Shown one piece after another: positions 1 through 8,920 of a stretch of DNA of 64,000 nucleotides. How positions within the stretch are numbered: position 1 is the stretch's first letter; every line of letters begins with the position of its first letter. The position numbers and the translations under genes were made by a program. Below the pieces are notes generated by a model. It searched no databases. It was given only the letters and a program-made list of their open reading frames with translations, and was not told the origin of the DNA. Source of the stretch: a virus (Duplodnaviria > Caudoviricetes); the IMG/VR virus record IMGVR_UViG_3300031463_000547, positions 2,031 to 66,030 of that record; one strand, 5' to 3'.

Positions 1-131
1 CTGCCACGTTGCCTCGCAATCAGTAACGAACTCATCCCGACGATAAACGCCAAAATTGATAGCGTGGCCAGAACCGGTACCAGCCATCTAAAAACACGGC
101 AGGTAGTCGGTGGATATGCGCCTGCGGTCAT
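1..131 (-). CDS. partial membrane-anchored protein, truncated by window edge
   Basis: ATG at 131 overlaps the stop of the ImmA-like gene (ATGA). Reads MTAGAYPPTTCRVFRWLVPVLATLSILAFIVGMSSLLIARQRG with one hydrophobic helix and stays open to base 1. Confidence 0.5.
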   Translation of the reverse strand, partial: MTAGAYPPTTCRVFRWLVPVLATLSILAFIVGMSSLLIARQRG

Positions 132-619
132 CGTGATACCTCTCGGATGAGTTCAACGAGCCTGGCTCGCATCGCCTGTTCGCTGACCCCAAACCGCGAT
201 GCTAGAACGACTGTTTTATCATTGCGCCGGGGACAATGTCCTACCTCTGCCGCTTGCTCACGTACCAGCTCACTAGGCATCAGTAAGTGCACTGCGAAAC
301 GGTCGCAGAAACGCTCCGTATATGAGTTACTCAGGACCGGCCACCCATGTCGTTTATAATGCTGCAGCAATAGATATTCGCCGATCTCATGTGCAAGCGT
401 GAATCGTTGTCGCTCCAGATGATCGCGCGAATTGATGACGGCGTAGAACCGCTTCGGCGTCTGCATCAGATGCCCGGCAGTATGGCCGAGATCGGCCTGA
501 CGCACATATAATTTCACCTGACGGCACACCTTCCTAAGATCGACGGGGATACTCAGCTCCAAATGCCTCCACGCACTGGCAGCCCATTCTACAGCCAAAT
601 CTGGCTCAGTTGAGTTCAT
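128..619 (-). CDS. ImmA/IrrE-family metallopeptidase (anti-repressor type)
   Basis: INSRDHLERQRFTLAHEIGE, ERFCDRFAVHLLMP and a C-terminal HTH (LASRFGVSEQAMRARL); lies directly downstream of the repressor gene. Confidence 0.85.
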   Translation of the reverse strand: MNSTEPDLAVEWAASAWRHLELSIPVDLRKVCRQVKLYVRQADLGHTAGHLMQTPKRFYAVINSRDHLERQRFTLAHEIGEYLLLQHYKRHGWPVLSNSYTERFCDRFAVHLLMPSELVREQAAEVGHCPRRNDKTVVLASRFGVSEQAMRARLVELIREVSR

Positions 620-981
620 TCCTGAAACTCTTCGTCGAGTATTTTGCGAATGCTGGCCTCAATTTGCTCCCGGCTCTCAACTCCACGCCGTGCTCTAACA
701 TAGCGACGAATAAGATCATTGGGTTGTTCGCCATCCTGCCATTCCTTAGGCACTGGATACCCGACCGCCTCCAAACAGGCTATTGCAAGATCACGGCGCT
801 CAAACTGGCCCAGAAATGACACCGCCGTCGCATATTCTGGAACCTTGCCAGCCAGCATCTGTGAGATGTAACCATGGGTTGGCGTGCCACCTACTTTTCG
901 TTCGGCGGCACGAGCCGTAAGCCCCTCGCTGTCCAACAAGGCCTTAATAGCAGTTGCCCATTCAGAGTTGTATTTCGCCAT
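616..981 (-). CDS. prophage repressor, XRE-like HTH
   Basis: N-terminal HTH-like segment (GLTARAAERKVGGTPTHGYISQMLAGKVP), divergent from the Cro-like gene and coupled to the ImmA-like gene. Confidence 0.65.
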   Translation of the reverse strand: MAKYNSEWATAIKALLDSEGLTARAAERKVGGTPTHGYISQMLAGKVPEYATAVSFLGQFERRDLAIACLEAVGYPVPKEWQDGEQPNDLIRRYVRARRGVESREQIEASIRKILDEEFQE

Positions 982-1016
982 ACATCCTGTTTCCGTAGTT
1001 GTCTACATCCGTCCAC

Positions 1017-1045
1017 AGTCTAACCCACACGCTGGGTCTTGTCAA
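1017..1045 (-). promoter_or_regulatory. leftward sigma70 promoter for the repressor operon
   Basis: Minus strand TTGACA (1045-1040), 17 bp spacer, TAGACT (1022-1017). Confidence 0.7.
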
Positions 1046-1109
1046 GTGCCCCAATGCTGGGTGCACATTTTATGAAGCAAAAAAACACAGAAAAAAGTGC
1101 AGAAAAGTG

Positions 1110-1138
1110 TTGACGTCAGTAGACGACAACGGTATAAT
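1110..1138 (+). promoter_or_regulatory. rightward sigma70 early lytic promoter
   Basis: TTGACG (1110-1115), 17 bp spacer, TATAAT (1133-1138), preceded by an A-rich UP-like tract. Confidence 0.85.
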
Positions 1139-1200
1139 ACCAATGGATGTTGACGTCAGTAGACGACGACTCTGCAATCAGCGCTATCAGGATGGTGACA

Positions 1201-1401
1201 ATGAACGGATTCGACATTCTAAAGGCCCGCAAGCGTCACAAGGTAGATCAGCGTACTCTGCAGCGGGCGCTTGGGTTGGTTCAGCGTGGAACGCTGACCG
1301 ACATCGAAAGTGGCGCGGTCGAGGTGACCGACGCATGGGCGCGCAAGGCGATCTCTGCTGTGGAACAGATCGCGGCAGATAGATCAAAGCGCGCTGCCTG
1401 A
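1201..1401 (+). CDS. Cro-like XRE HTH regulator
   Basis: LKARKRHKVDQRTLQRALGLVQRGTLTDIESG fits HTH_XRE; first gene after the rightward promoter. The start could be 1192. Confidence 0.75.
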   Translation: MNGFDILKARKRHKVDQRTLQRALGLVQRGTLTDIESGAVEVTDAWARKAISAVEQIAADRSKRAA

Positions 1402-1420
1402 GATACGAAAGGGGACGACC

Positions 1421-1723
1421 ATGACAACGGAGACAACGGAGTGGATCGATAGGGTCCTACATCTCACGCACCCGATCAACGGTCGGATGCAAATCAAGCC
1501 CATCCGCGAAATACGTGGTGATGGGATGGGTAACTACGTTGTTTTCATCGCGCCACACCGGAAGCTCGTGATCCCCCGCGAGCGGATTGTGGCGTTCGAA
1601 CAGGCCCCACTACTACGAAAACAACTAACACGTTCACATTGGACATGGCTGGCCGCGACTGTAGGTGGGGTGGTCACATTCTGGCTCGCCATCGCCGTGT
1701 TGATCAAGAGGGCGTTTGCATGA
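1421..1723 (+). CDS. hypothetical protein with C-terminal TM helix
   Basis: RBS AAAGGGG, hydrophobic C-terminus, stop overlaps the next ATG. Confidence 0.7.
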   Translation: MTTETTEWIDRVLHLTHPINGRMQIKPIREIRGDGMGNYVVFIAPHRKLVIPRERIVAFEQAPLLRKQLTRSHWTWLAATVGGVVTFWLAIAVLIKRAFA

Positions 1724-2004
1724 AACTGCAAATGCGAGTGAGCACAAAAACAGGAATCCAGCCGCCCATCAGCTCGTGTCGAGTGGTGTTTGCGACTGTG
1801 TTCAGGCCGGATCTGTTTGAGGCGGCCTCGGCTGCTCGCTCACTGAATCATCAAGCAGCAGCAATATGCGAGGACAAGCTCGACAGGCAAATCGAAATAA
1901 CAAACCGCCTCGCGGACTTGCGGCGCGAAATAGTGAAACTCGAAGCTCTGCGGCGAGAATATGCCGCACAGGGGACGACCAATGGCAACCACAATCATTT
2001 TTGA
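1720..2004 (+). CDS. hypothetical coiled-coil protein
   Basis: ATGA coupling at 1720; heptad-like C-terminus. Confidence 0.6.
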   Translation: MKLQMRVSTKTGIQPPISSCRVVFATVFRPDLFEAASAARSLNHQAAAICEDKLDRQIEITNRLADLRREIVKLEALRREYAAQGTTNGNHNHF

Positions 2005-2437
2005 CGGCCAAATACGCCGTCGAACACGCAAGATGTCCATCGCGAAAGCGCGGGCCTTCGCAAAGGCGCTAGCAGCCAATCCCAGACACTTTGCCTCTAC
2101 TATCGAGGTGCTCGCCGCGCATGGCAATGCTGCCTATGTGGAGTTTATTCCAGCGAGCGCCAAGACCATTTTCAATCTGCTGCAGCAAAAACAATTCGAG
2201 CGCGAACAACGAGCGCACTACATCCGGCGAGCGTACAGGTGGCGCCGAATCGGACACCAAACTTGGACGTGTACCAAACCGGACGGCACAGTCTACACCC
2301 AATATCTCTACGATCCGTGCCGCTGTACGTGTCCCGACTGGCCGACGATCAACTCAGTCGGTGGCAAGTGCAAGCACATCATTTGCGCGGAGTGGGCAGA
2401 GCAGAACTATCAGAGAGATCGGCAGGAGGCGGCATGA
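1982..2437 (+). CDS. SWIM zinc-finger protein
   Basis: CTCPDW...CKH SWIM signature; RBS AGGGG upstream of ATG 1982. Confidence 0.8.
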   Translation: MATTIIFDGQIRRRTRKMSIAKARAFAKALAANPRHFASTIEVLAAHGNAAYVEFIPASAKTIFNLLQQKQFEREQRAHYIRRAYRWRRIGHQTWTCTKPDGTVYTQYLYDPCRCTCPDWPTINSVGGKCKHIICAEWAEQNYQRDRQEAA

Positions 2438-2610
2438 TGACAGACGATTATGGTATGTTCTGGACCGGCACGGCTGCTGGAGACAGAGCGTTGGCGGTGG
2501 AGTTTACAGTAATTGCGGTCGGGGTGCTGGTGGCCTTCCTGGCTGCAAATTGGATGGTCTGCCAGATATGGCGGCTCATCTCAAATAAACGAAAGGGGAG
2601 ATTGAATTGA
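2434..2610 (+). CDS. small single-TM protein
   Basis: RBS AGGAGG, ATGA coupling, hydrophobic core followed by a basic tail. Confidence 0.6.
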   Translation: MMTDDYGMFWTGTAAGDRALAVEFTVIAVGVLVAFLAANWMVCQIWRLISNKRKGRLN

Positions 2611-3386
2611 TCACAAACAACTACAACGGGCAGCATCTGTCGTATACACAGATCGATTGTATGCTGAGCTGCCCCAGGAAGTACTGCTTCCGCTACATCC
2701 AGCGCCTGCCCGCTCCCGTTGGCAGCGCCCTGCTGTTGGGTAGAGCGTACCACAAGGCGTTGGAGGTGAACTTCCAAGAGAAGGTGCGGACCGGCACAGA
2801 CGTCGGGATGCCCGTACTGCTCGACGCATTCGACTCCGAATGGAACCGGATGCTGCAGCATGAGGAAATCCAGTGGGATGACGAAAGTCCTGCTGAGATC
2901 AAGGACATGGGCCGGCGGCTTGTCGGCATCTACATGGAATCGGTGGCGCCATTTGTGATGCCTGCTGAGGTGGAGCGCAAATTCTCAATCGCATTGCCGG
3001 GTCTTGATGGTTACACGTTGGATGGGGTCATAGACCTCATTACCGACCAAGGTGTAATCATCGACCACAAGACCAGTTCCAAATCAAAGAGCGAGTCCGA
3101 CGTTGCAAAGGACCTCCAGGCATCGGCGTATGCCGCAGCAATGCTAGCCGATCCAACTCTATCCGAAGTTTGGATAGAGTTCCACACGGCGGTGAAAGCC
3201 AAAACCCCCAATATTCAGAGGCTGGCAACGATGCGCAATCGCCAGGACGCCGAATGGTTCATTCAGCTCGCCTCTGAGGTGCTGCAACAGATAAAAGCCG
3301 GCATATTTCCTCCAAACCCCAATAGCTATCTCTGTAGCCCACGGTGGTGTGGATATTGGGAGCGGTGCAAAGGGGGTGCGCGGTAA
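2607..3386 (+). CDS. PD-(D/E)XK exonuclease, RecB/AddB/Cas4-like
   Basis: HLSYTQI...CPRKY, GVIDLI...IIDHKT, LQASAYA, and C-terminal LCSPRWCGYWERC (Fe-S cluster-type cysteines). Confidence 0.85.
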   Translation: MITNNYNGQHLSYTQIDCMLSCPRKYCFRYIQRLPAPVGSALLLGRAYHKALEVNFQEKVRTGTDVGMPVLLDAFDSEWNRMLQHEEIQWDDESPAEIKDMGRRLVGIYMESVAPFVMPAEVERKFSIALPGLDGYTLDGVIDLITDQGVIIDHKTSSKSKSESDVAKDLQASAYAAAMLADPTLSEVWIEFHTAVKAKTPNIQRLATMRNRQDAEWFIQLASEVLQQIKAGIFPPNPNSYLCSPRWCGYWERCKGGAR

Positions 3387-4570
3387 TGCCGAAGGTGTCC
3401 AACGATAGCCGCGCAGCGCGTTGGCGGAAATATCTGCCCAGCCTGCTGACCACGCGGAAACAGGTCAATGGGAAATGGGAGGAGAAGCGGCCCACCCAAG
3501 AGGAGATCGATTTTCTGATCGATCTGGGCCTGCAACTCGATCTAGACCCCGTCCTAGGGGAGATTGTGCTCTATAGAGGTCGGCCATACATAACCGAGGC
3601 TGGCCTGATGAAAAAGGCGATCATTAGCGGGGAACTCGATGGTCTGCGCGTCGAGGCTGTATTCGAGGACCCTGATGGCGCAGGGCCGCGTTGGATCGCC
3701 ACGACTACCCTGTTCAAAAAGGGTTGTTCTCAGCCGTTCGTATTCACGGCTGACCAATTCGAGTACGCCAATCCGTCGAGCGAGATATGGAGAAAGAACA
3801 AACGCTCAATGACGGAGAAGTGCTGCACGTGCAAGACGATTCGACATGCATTCGCTATCTCGATGTGCAGCTACGAGGAAATGGCAGTCGATGAGGTGAG
3901 CGGCATGAGCGCGGCTGAGGCCCAAGCTGAGGCACGTGCTCGCGACCAAGAAGCTAATGGCGAGGAGGCCGCGGAGAACGCCAAACAGGAACAGGAGCGG
4001 CGCCGGGAGGAACTCAGGCGTCGTGCTACTGAGCGGCTGAGCACAGAGCAGCGTCAGCAAATAGGAGCGCTGTATAGGATGCTAGGTCTGCCTCGAAATG
4101 GCGAGGGTGGCTCCGCGGCGCTATTCCACAAAACATTTCCAAACTTCGACCCCAAACAGCATGAGGATTTCCTCACACGCACCCAAGCGGTGGGCTATAT
4201 TCGGGACCTGTGGTTGATGCTAGCAGACAAGATCATCACGGAGTTTCAAATCAGCCGCGATGAAATTGCTGCGATATTCGATGCAGAGTTAGGGACTACT
4301 AAGGATGTTAGAGAGATCCTCGACGAACAATGGCCGATCTACATTGCTGCGCTGAAACAGATCGGAGTCAGCAGGCTATATGAGCAGCTTGGCTGGGACG
4401 ACCAGGAACGTGCAGAGCATTTTGCGTTGCATTTCGCAGACAAGCCCGACCTCATGGCCTGCAGTATTGCCGAACTCGACAGTTATATTTCCGAATTGCG
4501 CGCCGTCCTGAACGGCGACGCAATCGCCGAGTCTACGGATGGCGGCGAAAAACAGGCGGCTCTGTTGTAG
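3386..4570 (+). CDS. RecT/Bet-like single-strand annealing protein
   Basis: GLQLDLDPVLGEI...PYIT and IWRKNKRSMTEK...IRHAF resemble Bet/RecT motifs; adjacent to the exonuclease. Confidence 0.7.
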   Translation: MPKVSNDSRAARWRKYLPSLLTTRKQVNGKWEEKRPTQEEIDFLIDLGLQLDLDPVLGEIVLYRGRPYITEAGLMKKAIISGELDGLRVEAVFEDPDGAGPRWIATTTLFKKGCSQPFVFTADQFEYANPSSEIWRKNKRSMTEKCCTCKTIRHAFAISMCSYEEMAVDEVSGMSAAEAQAEARARDQEANGEEAAENAKQEQERRREELRRRATERLSTEQRQQIGALYRMLGLPRNGEGGSAALFHKTFPNFDPKQHEDFLTRTQAVGYIRDLWLMLADKIITEFQISRDEIAAIFDAELGTTKDVREILDEQWPIYIAALKQIGVSRLYEQLGWDDQERAEHFALHFADKPDLMACSIAELDSYISELRAVLNGDAIAESTDGGEKQAALL

Positions 4571-4708
4571 TCCGTCTGAGTGGAGCGGGCGGCGGCTAGT
4601 TTCAGGATGAGACGGCCGCCGCGGACAAGATGTCCTCTCTCTGTATGTGGTGTGGAGAGAGGATTCCCGGTCGGGCTCAAGACTGGTCGTCCCCGGCCCG
4701 ACCGGGAA
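4570..4708 (+). ncRNA. candidate structured intergenic RNA with three consecutive hairpins
   Basis: GCGGCGGC/GCCGCCGC (4589-4622), TCCTCTCTC/GAGAGAGGA (4633-4663), TTCCCGGTCGGGC/GCCCGACCGGGAA (4664-4708); no U-tract follows. Confidence 0.4.
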
Positions 4709-4731
4709 CTGCACAATGAAAGGAATGAGAT

Positions 4732-5208
4732 ATGACGGTTTGCATGAGGTGCGGCAGGGTTTTGACAACCACTACTTCCCAACGCCTCGGCTACGGACCT
4801 GTCTGCTGGGCGAAAGTGGGAGCATACCAACAGGATGCGGTAGTAAAACTGCCATTTGACCGCAGGACGATGGACGTGACGTGTAGGCGCAGCCCCAACG
4901 GCATAGCATTTAACATCCCACATGTGCTGGTAGTTCACAGTCCAACCGGCATGGAATGGGGTTATGAGGGCAGCGGCCCTGCCGATTTCGCCCTGAACAT
5001 TCTCTACCAGTTCACACGGAATAAGAGGTTTGCGCTCGAATGGTATCAGGATTTCAAGCGCGAATTCGTTGCTACCATTCCATACGAGGGCGGCACAATT
5101 TCGGGCGCGCGAATCCTGCGTTGGATCAAGAGCCGGCGAGGACTGAAACCTGCTCAGGCATTATTGCTACCGATGGAGGATTGGGAAGATGATTACAGTT
5201 CTGTGTAG
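4732..5208 (+). CDS. Zn-ribbon (DUF6011-like) plus DUF6166-like phage protein
   Basis: CMRCGRVLT...GYGPVC and HSPTGMEWGYEGSGPADFALNIL motifs. Confidence 0.7.
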   Translation: MTVCMRCGRVLTTTTSQRLGYGPVCWAKVGAYQQDAVVKLPFDRRTMDVTCRRSPNGIAFNIPHVLVVHSPTGMEWGYEGSGPADFALNILYQFTRNKRFALEWYQDFKREFVATIPYEGGTISGARILRWIKSRRGLKPAQALLLPMEDWEDDYSSV

Positions 5209-5740
5209 AGGCACGTTACTGCCCGATAGCGACGGCCAGAGTAGGCGCTGGCCGAGCTGGCGGTTATACCGCGGCCTGCAAGTGGAAATTGAGAAATCCT
5301 CCAACGGCACGTTCATCGCCGCGGCTCACGGCCTGCGCGGCGTGGGCAACTGTGCGACGCTGGCGATAGATCACCTGCTTGTGCAATGTGCACGCCTAGC
5401 ACACGGAGATGTTGTGCCGCCACGTTGGGTTCGGCAGCACTTAGAACCCAACAGCCCCATATTCCTGCCGCGGGGTATGGAGTGGGGCGACAGGTGGAAA
5501 ATTGAACGGCTCACGAGAGTGCAGATAGAGTTTTCGTGGTTGGAGGGTGTGTGGTATGCACTTCCTCCCCGTGACGCACCTCCAACGGTCATAGGAATAG
5601 GTTGGAGTGCCACATCAGCCATTGAATGCCTGCTGAACCTGTGGGTTCGGATAGCAGGGAGCCGCCGTGTAGACACATGGCCGATGAACCCCGAGTACTA
5701 TGACTGGGTCTGCCGGACGTTGAGGAGACGCGATGATTGA
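5189..5740 (+). CDS. hypothetical protein with two HicB-like repeats
   Basis: VEIEKSSNGTFIAAAHGLRGVGNCATLAI and IEFSWLEGVWYALPP...VIGIGWSATSAI. Confidence 0.5.
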   Translation: MITVLCRGTLLPDSDGQSRRWPSWRLYRGLQVEIEKSSNGTFIAAAHGLRGVGNCATLAIDHLLVQCARLAHGDVVPPRWVRQHLEPNSPIFLPRGMEWGDRWKIERLTRVQIEFSWLEGVWYALPPRDAPPTVIGIGWSATSAIECLLNLWVRIAGSRRVDTWPMNPEYYDWVCRTLRRRDD

Positions 5741-7766
5741 TCTCAGTGGACTCAATGAACAGCAGCGGCGGGCCGTCATGCACACGGACGGGCCATGTTT
5801 GGTGCTCGCGACGGCAGGTTCCGGGAAGACCACGGTGTTGACAATGCGTGCCGCACGTCTGATCGACGACGGTGTTGTCCCCGAACGAATCCTGCTCGCA
5901 ACATTTACAAGGAAGGCAGCCGAGGAAATGCGGAGCCGATTGGCGATGATGATCGGCGACGAACAGGCGAAGTCGGCTTGGATTGGCACGTTTCACAGTC
6001 ATTGCCTGCGAATGCTACGCATCACTCGTCGCGAGTTGGGGCTGGTGCCGTTTGAGGTGCTCGCACCCGGCCAAGCGACGAGGTTGGCGCGAGACATCTT
6101 GGCGCCGCCGGACGCTAAACATCCCTATGGGATGGGCTGGGATACGGCTCCGCAGATGCCGTTGGCATACATCAGTCGGGCAAAGGCCGATCTGTATGAC
6201 GTAGATCGCGCTGAGCGCTTTCTTCGCGAACGCACAGGACTGAGCAGGGATGTGCTTCTGCGCGTGGTTGACTTCTGGCATCGCTATGAGGATGTCAAGG
6301 CACGAGCTAATCTATTCGACTTCGATGATTTTCTGCTGAGGACCTATCAGCTATTCCGGTCGAACGAACAGGTGCTGGAGCGTTGGCGCGCGGTTTGGGA
6401 TTACATCCTCGAAGATGAGGTTCAGGACACGATGATCGCTCAGCATGAAATTGTAACGATGCTGGCGGCAAACCATCGCAACTACTTCGCGGTCGGTGAC
6501 GTGAACCAAAGTGTTTATGGATTTCGTGGTGCGAACCCGGACCATACGGTGCAGAGTTTCCACAAGGACTTCCCCGATGGAATTATCATCAAGTTGGGCG
6601 TTAATTACCGCTCCCAGAGCCAGATTGTAGAGACTGGCGGCCGACTGATCCGTCACAACGCGGTTCCATCGGCATACACCCTCCAGCCTATCGCTGATAG
6701 GCCGGCTGGCGCTGAACCGCGGGTCATAGTGACATATGACGAGGAAGACGAGGGGAAAATCATTGCCAAGGGCATCATCCAGCAAGTAGCAGCCGGCCGG
6801 ACCTATCGAGACATCGCCATTCTTTACAGGGTAAACGCGCAGTCGCGTGCAATAGAGGACGCACTGATAATGCGCCAGATACCATATATCGTGTTTGGCA
6901 GTTGTGGGTTTTACTCTCGCAAGGAAATCCAAGACGCACTAGCATATTTGCAACTCGCCCACAATCCCACTTGCGACGCCGGCGATGAGGCGCTGAAGCG
7001 CGTTGTGAATATCCCCACAATATGGTTCCGGTTGGGGGCAGAACGGAAATTCACACACTATCTCGGCAAGGCTTTCATGGAGAAACTGAACAGCATAGCG
7101 CGGCAGAATCGATGCTCGCTATGGGAAGCGCTCAGCCGTGGTTTGTTCGAGAGTTATCAGCAGACCGGAATCGAAGACTTTATGGAAATGATTCGGTCAA
7201 TCCGCCATGCAGGACCGAATCCAGCAGATATGATCCGACGGGCTAGGGAGGTCGGCTATGACGCGTACCTCGCTCGCGAAGACGGTGAAGATGACTCAAA
7301 TAACGAGGGGACGCGGTTCGACAACCTCGACGAATTGATTGTGTCCGCCGCCCACTTCGACAACAGTAGAGCATTCTTGGATTTCGTTACATCTCAGCAG
7401 TCCAGAGCTAAGACATTAGGCAAATATCAGAATGCGGTCCAGTTGCTCACTATTCATCGCTCGAAGGGGCTGGAGTGGCCCATAGTATGGCTCTGTGGGG
7501 TATCACTGGGACTACTGCCCCATCAGCGTTCCATCGAATGGTACGACCCCGAAACAAAACGGCATATCAGGCCCGAATCGATTGAGGAAGAGCGCCGGCT
7601 ATGCTACGTCGGCGCGACCAGGGCGCGAGATGAGTTATACATTTCTGCGTTGCTGACCTATGGTATGAGAGACCTGGCGCCATCGCCATTTCTGCAGGAA
7701 ATGGGATTCGAAATCCCACCTGAATACATCAAAGAGCCAGCAACCACCACACTGCCAGATTTCTAG
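5733..7766 (+). CDS. UvrD/PcrA/Rep SF1 DNA helicase
   Basis: LNEQQRRAV, ATAGSGKT, DEVQD, VGDVNQSVYGFRGA, NYRS, TIHRSKGLEW, EEERRLCYVGATRAR. Confidence 0.95.
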   Translation: MIDLSGLNEQQRRAVMHTDGPCLVLATAGSGKTTVLTMRAARLIDDGVVPERILLATFTRKAAEEMRSRLAMMIGDEQAKSAWIGTFHSHCLRMLRITRRELGLVPFEVLAPGQATRLARDILAPPDAKHPYGMGWDTAPQMPLAYISRAKADLYDVDRAERFLRERTGLSRDVLLRVVDFWHRYEDVKARANLFDFDDFLLRTYQLFRSNEQVLERWRAVWDYILEDEVQDTMIAQHEIVTMLAANHRNYFAVGDVNQSVYGFRGANPDHTVQSFHKDFPDGIIIKLGVNYRSQSQIVETGGRLIRHNAVPSAYTLQPIADRPAGAEPRVIVTYDEEDEGKIIAKGIIQQVAAGRTYRDIAILYRVNAQSRAIEDALIMRQIPYIVFGSCGFYSRKEIQDALAYLQLAHNPTCDAGDEALKRVVNIPTIWFRLGAERKFTHYLGKAFMEKLNSIARQNRCSLWEALSRGLFESYQQTGIEDFMEMIRSIRHAGPNPADMIRRAREVGYDAYLAREDGEDDSNNEGTRFDNLDELIVSAAHFDNSRAFLDFVTSQQSRAKTLGKYQNAVQLLTIHRSKGLEWPIVWLCGVSLGLLPHQRSIEWYDPETKRHIRPESIEEERRLCYVGATRARDELYISALLTYGMRDLAPSPFLQEMGFEIPPEYIKEPATTTLPDF

Positions 7767-7783
7767 GAGGATTCCAGCCAAGG

Positions 7784-7909
7784 ATGGCCGCAGCAGCACC
7801 GGATTTTGAACTCAAGCTCATCAGAGGATTATCAAACGAGGCCAAGGAACTACTGGCGTTCATGGAAAGCCGCGCCGACCGTTCCGGAATGGGATCGGTG
7901 GCCGTCTGA
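7784..7909 (+). CDS. possible 41-aa small protein
   Basis: ORF MAAAAPDFELKLIRGLSNEAKELLAFMESRADRSGMGSVAV with AGGAGG ~13 nt upstream; fills the intergenic gap. Confidence 0.35.
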   Translation: MAAAAPDFELKLIRGLSNEAKELLAFMESRADRSGMGSVAV

Positions 7910-7995
7910 ATTACAGCAGCATGGCGAAGTGCTGGACTGCTATGAGCGCAACGGCGTAATTGTATATCGGGTTTGCAAAGATTAGGAGCACGGCT

Positions 7996-8916
7996 ATGGC
8001 TAATCCTCAGACAGAGAGCGGCCATATCAGGATAGCAAACGAACTATATCGAGCTGCCCTGCGACTGCTACCACCCAACGAATACAAATGTTGGTCAGCG
8101 ATACTCGATTTGACATACGGGTGGCGGAAGAAAATGACAGTGATTAGATATAGTCAGATCGCTGCATCCACAGGACTGTCGATGATTGCCGTAAAGCGGT
8201 CAATGCACAGGCTCCAATCATGGAATGTCGTAGTCTGCATCAGACATGATGGACAACCATCTGAAATTGGTCCCAACAAGGACTTCGACTCCTGGCGCAT
8301 TACCACTGATACCGGTATCAGTGGTGATACCGGTATCAGTGGTGATACCGGTATCAGTGGTGACTTGACACCGGTATCACCAGTGATACCACACCGGTAT
8401 CATCCACGATACCGCACCAGTATCACCAGTGATACCACACACCTTATTTACAACCATGTACAACCATGTAATTACAACCATGACAACCATGACGTCGATA
8501 CCAATGCCGACGCACCCATTGTCTCACCTGTTGTCAAACGATACATGGCCGTATTTGGGATAACCAGAGGTGCATCCGACCGCAATGTCAGGCGGTGGAA
8601 CAAACTGGCAGCAGAACTGGAACAACATCCAAATTACGATGAGGCCACGGCGTGCGCCGTCATCAGTGAATGGAAACGCCATGAATGGGATGACTACAGG
8701 TCCCGGCCTCATAATCAACACCACCCGATACCCGATTTTGGCTACTTTGTGAACTCGTCAGCCGGTACCCCGATCATCCAAGCGGTGTTGGAGGGCGCGC
8801 CGATGCCGGGATCGCCTAAACGCAATGGTGGGGGAGAAAACAACATCCCAACTAATCCCTACGAGGGCTGGTTGACACACGAGGAATACGCGCGCGTGGA
8901 GCTGATGGGGGACTAG
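7996..8916 (+). CDS. phage replication initiator (lambda O-like N-terminal wHTH)
   Basis: MANPQTESGHIRIANEL...TYGWRKK...SQIA...GPNKDFDSW; internal iterons; immediately upstream of DnaB; RBS AGGAG. Confidence 0.85.
   Translation: MANPQTESGHIRIANELYRAALRLLPPNEYKCWSAILDLTYGWRKKMTVIRYSQIAASTGLSMIAVKRSMHRLQSWNVVVCIRHDGQPSEIGPNKDFDSWRITTDTGISGDTGISGDTGISGDLTPVSPVIPHRYHPRYRTSITSDTTHLIYNHVQPCNYNHDNHDVDTNADAPIVSPVVKRYMAVFGITRGASDRNVRRWNKLAAELEQHPNYDEATACAVISEWKRHEWDDYRSRPHNQHHPIPDFGYFVNSSAGTPIIQAVLEGAPMPGSPKRNGGGENNIPTNPYEGWLTHEEYARVELMGD
8302..8491. repeat. iterons, putative replication origin inside the initiator gene
   Basis: Perfect 24-bp palindrome ACCACTGATACCGGTATCAGTGGT (8302-8325), tandem 18-bp GATACCGGTATCAGTGGT x3, degenerate GTATCA/GATACC copies to ~8436, then ACAACCATG x4. 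Confidence 0.8.
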
Positions 8917-8920
8917 CGGA

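Larger units (their letters stand above)
998..1167. promoter_or_regulatory. three operator-like 20-bp repeats
   Basis: TGTTGACGTCAGTAGACGAC occurs identically at 1108-1127 and 1148-1167; a 15/20 match (TGTGGACGGATGTAGACAAC) is on the minus strand at 998-1017. Confidence 0.75.

Noticed and set aside
2607-3386. Cas4-like nuclease suggesting a CRISPR system
   Set aside because: No repeat-spacer array or other cas gene is visible; pairing with an annealase indicates a recombination exonuclease.
7901-7945. Third copy of the GCAGTC/GACTGC promoter dyad
   Set aside because: GACTGC is present at 7935-7940, but there is no matching arm at 15-bp spacing and no GATAAGTAGA.
8302-8436. Palindromic repeats as a mini-CRISPR
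   Set aside because: The units are contiguous with no unique spacers and lie in frame inside the initiator gene, as iterons do.
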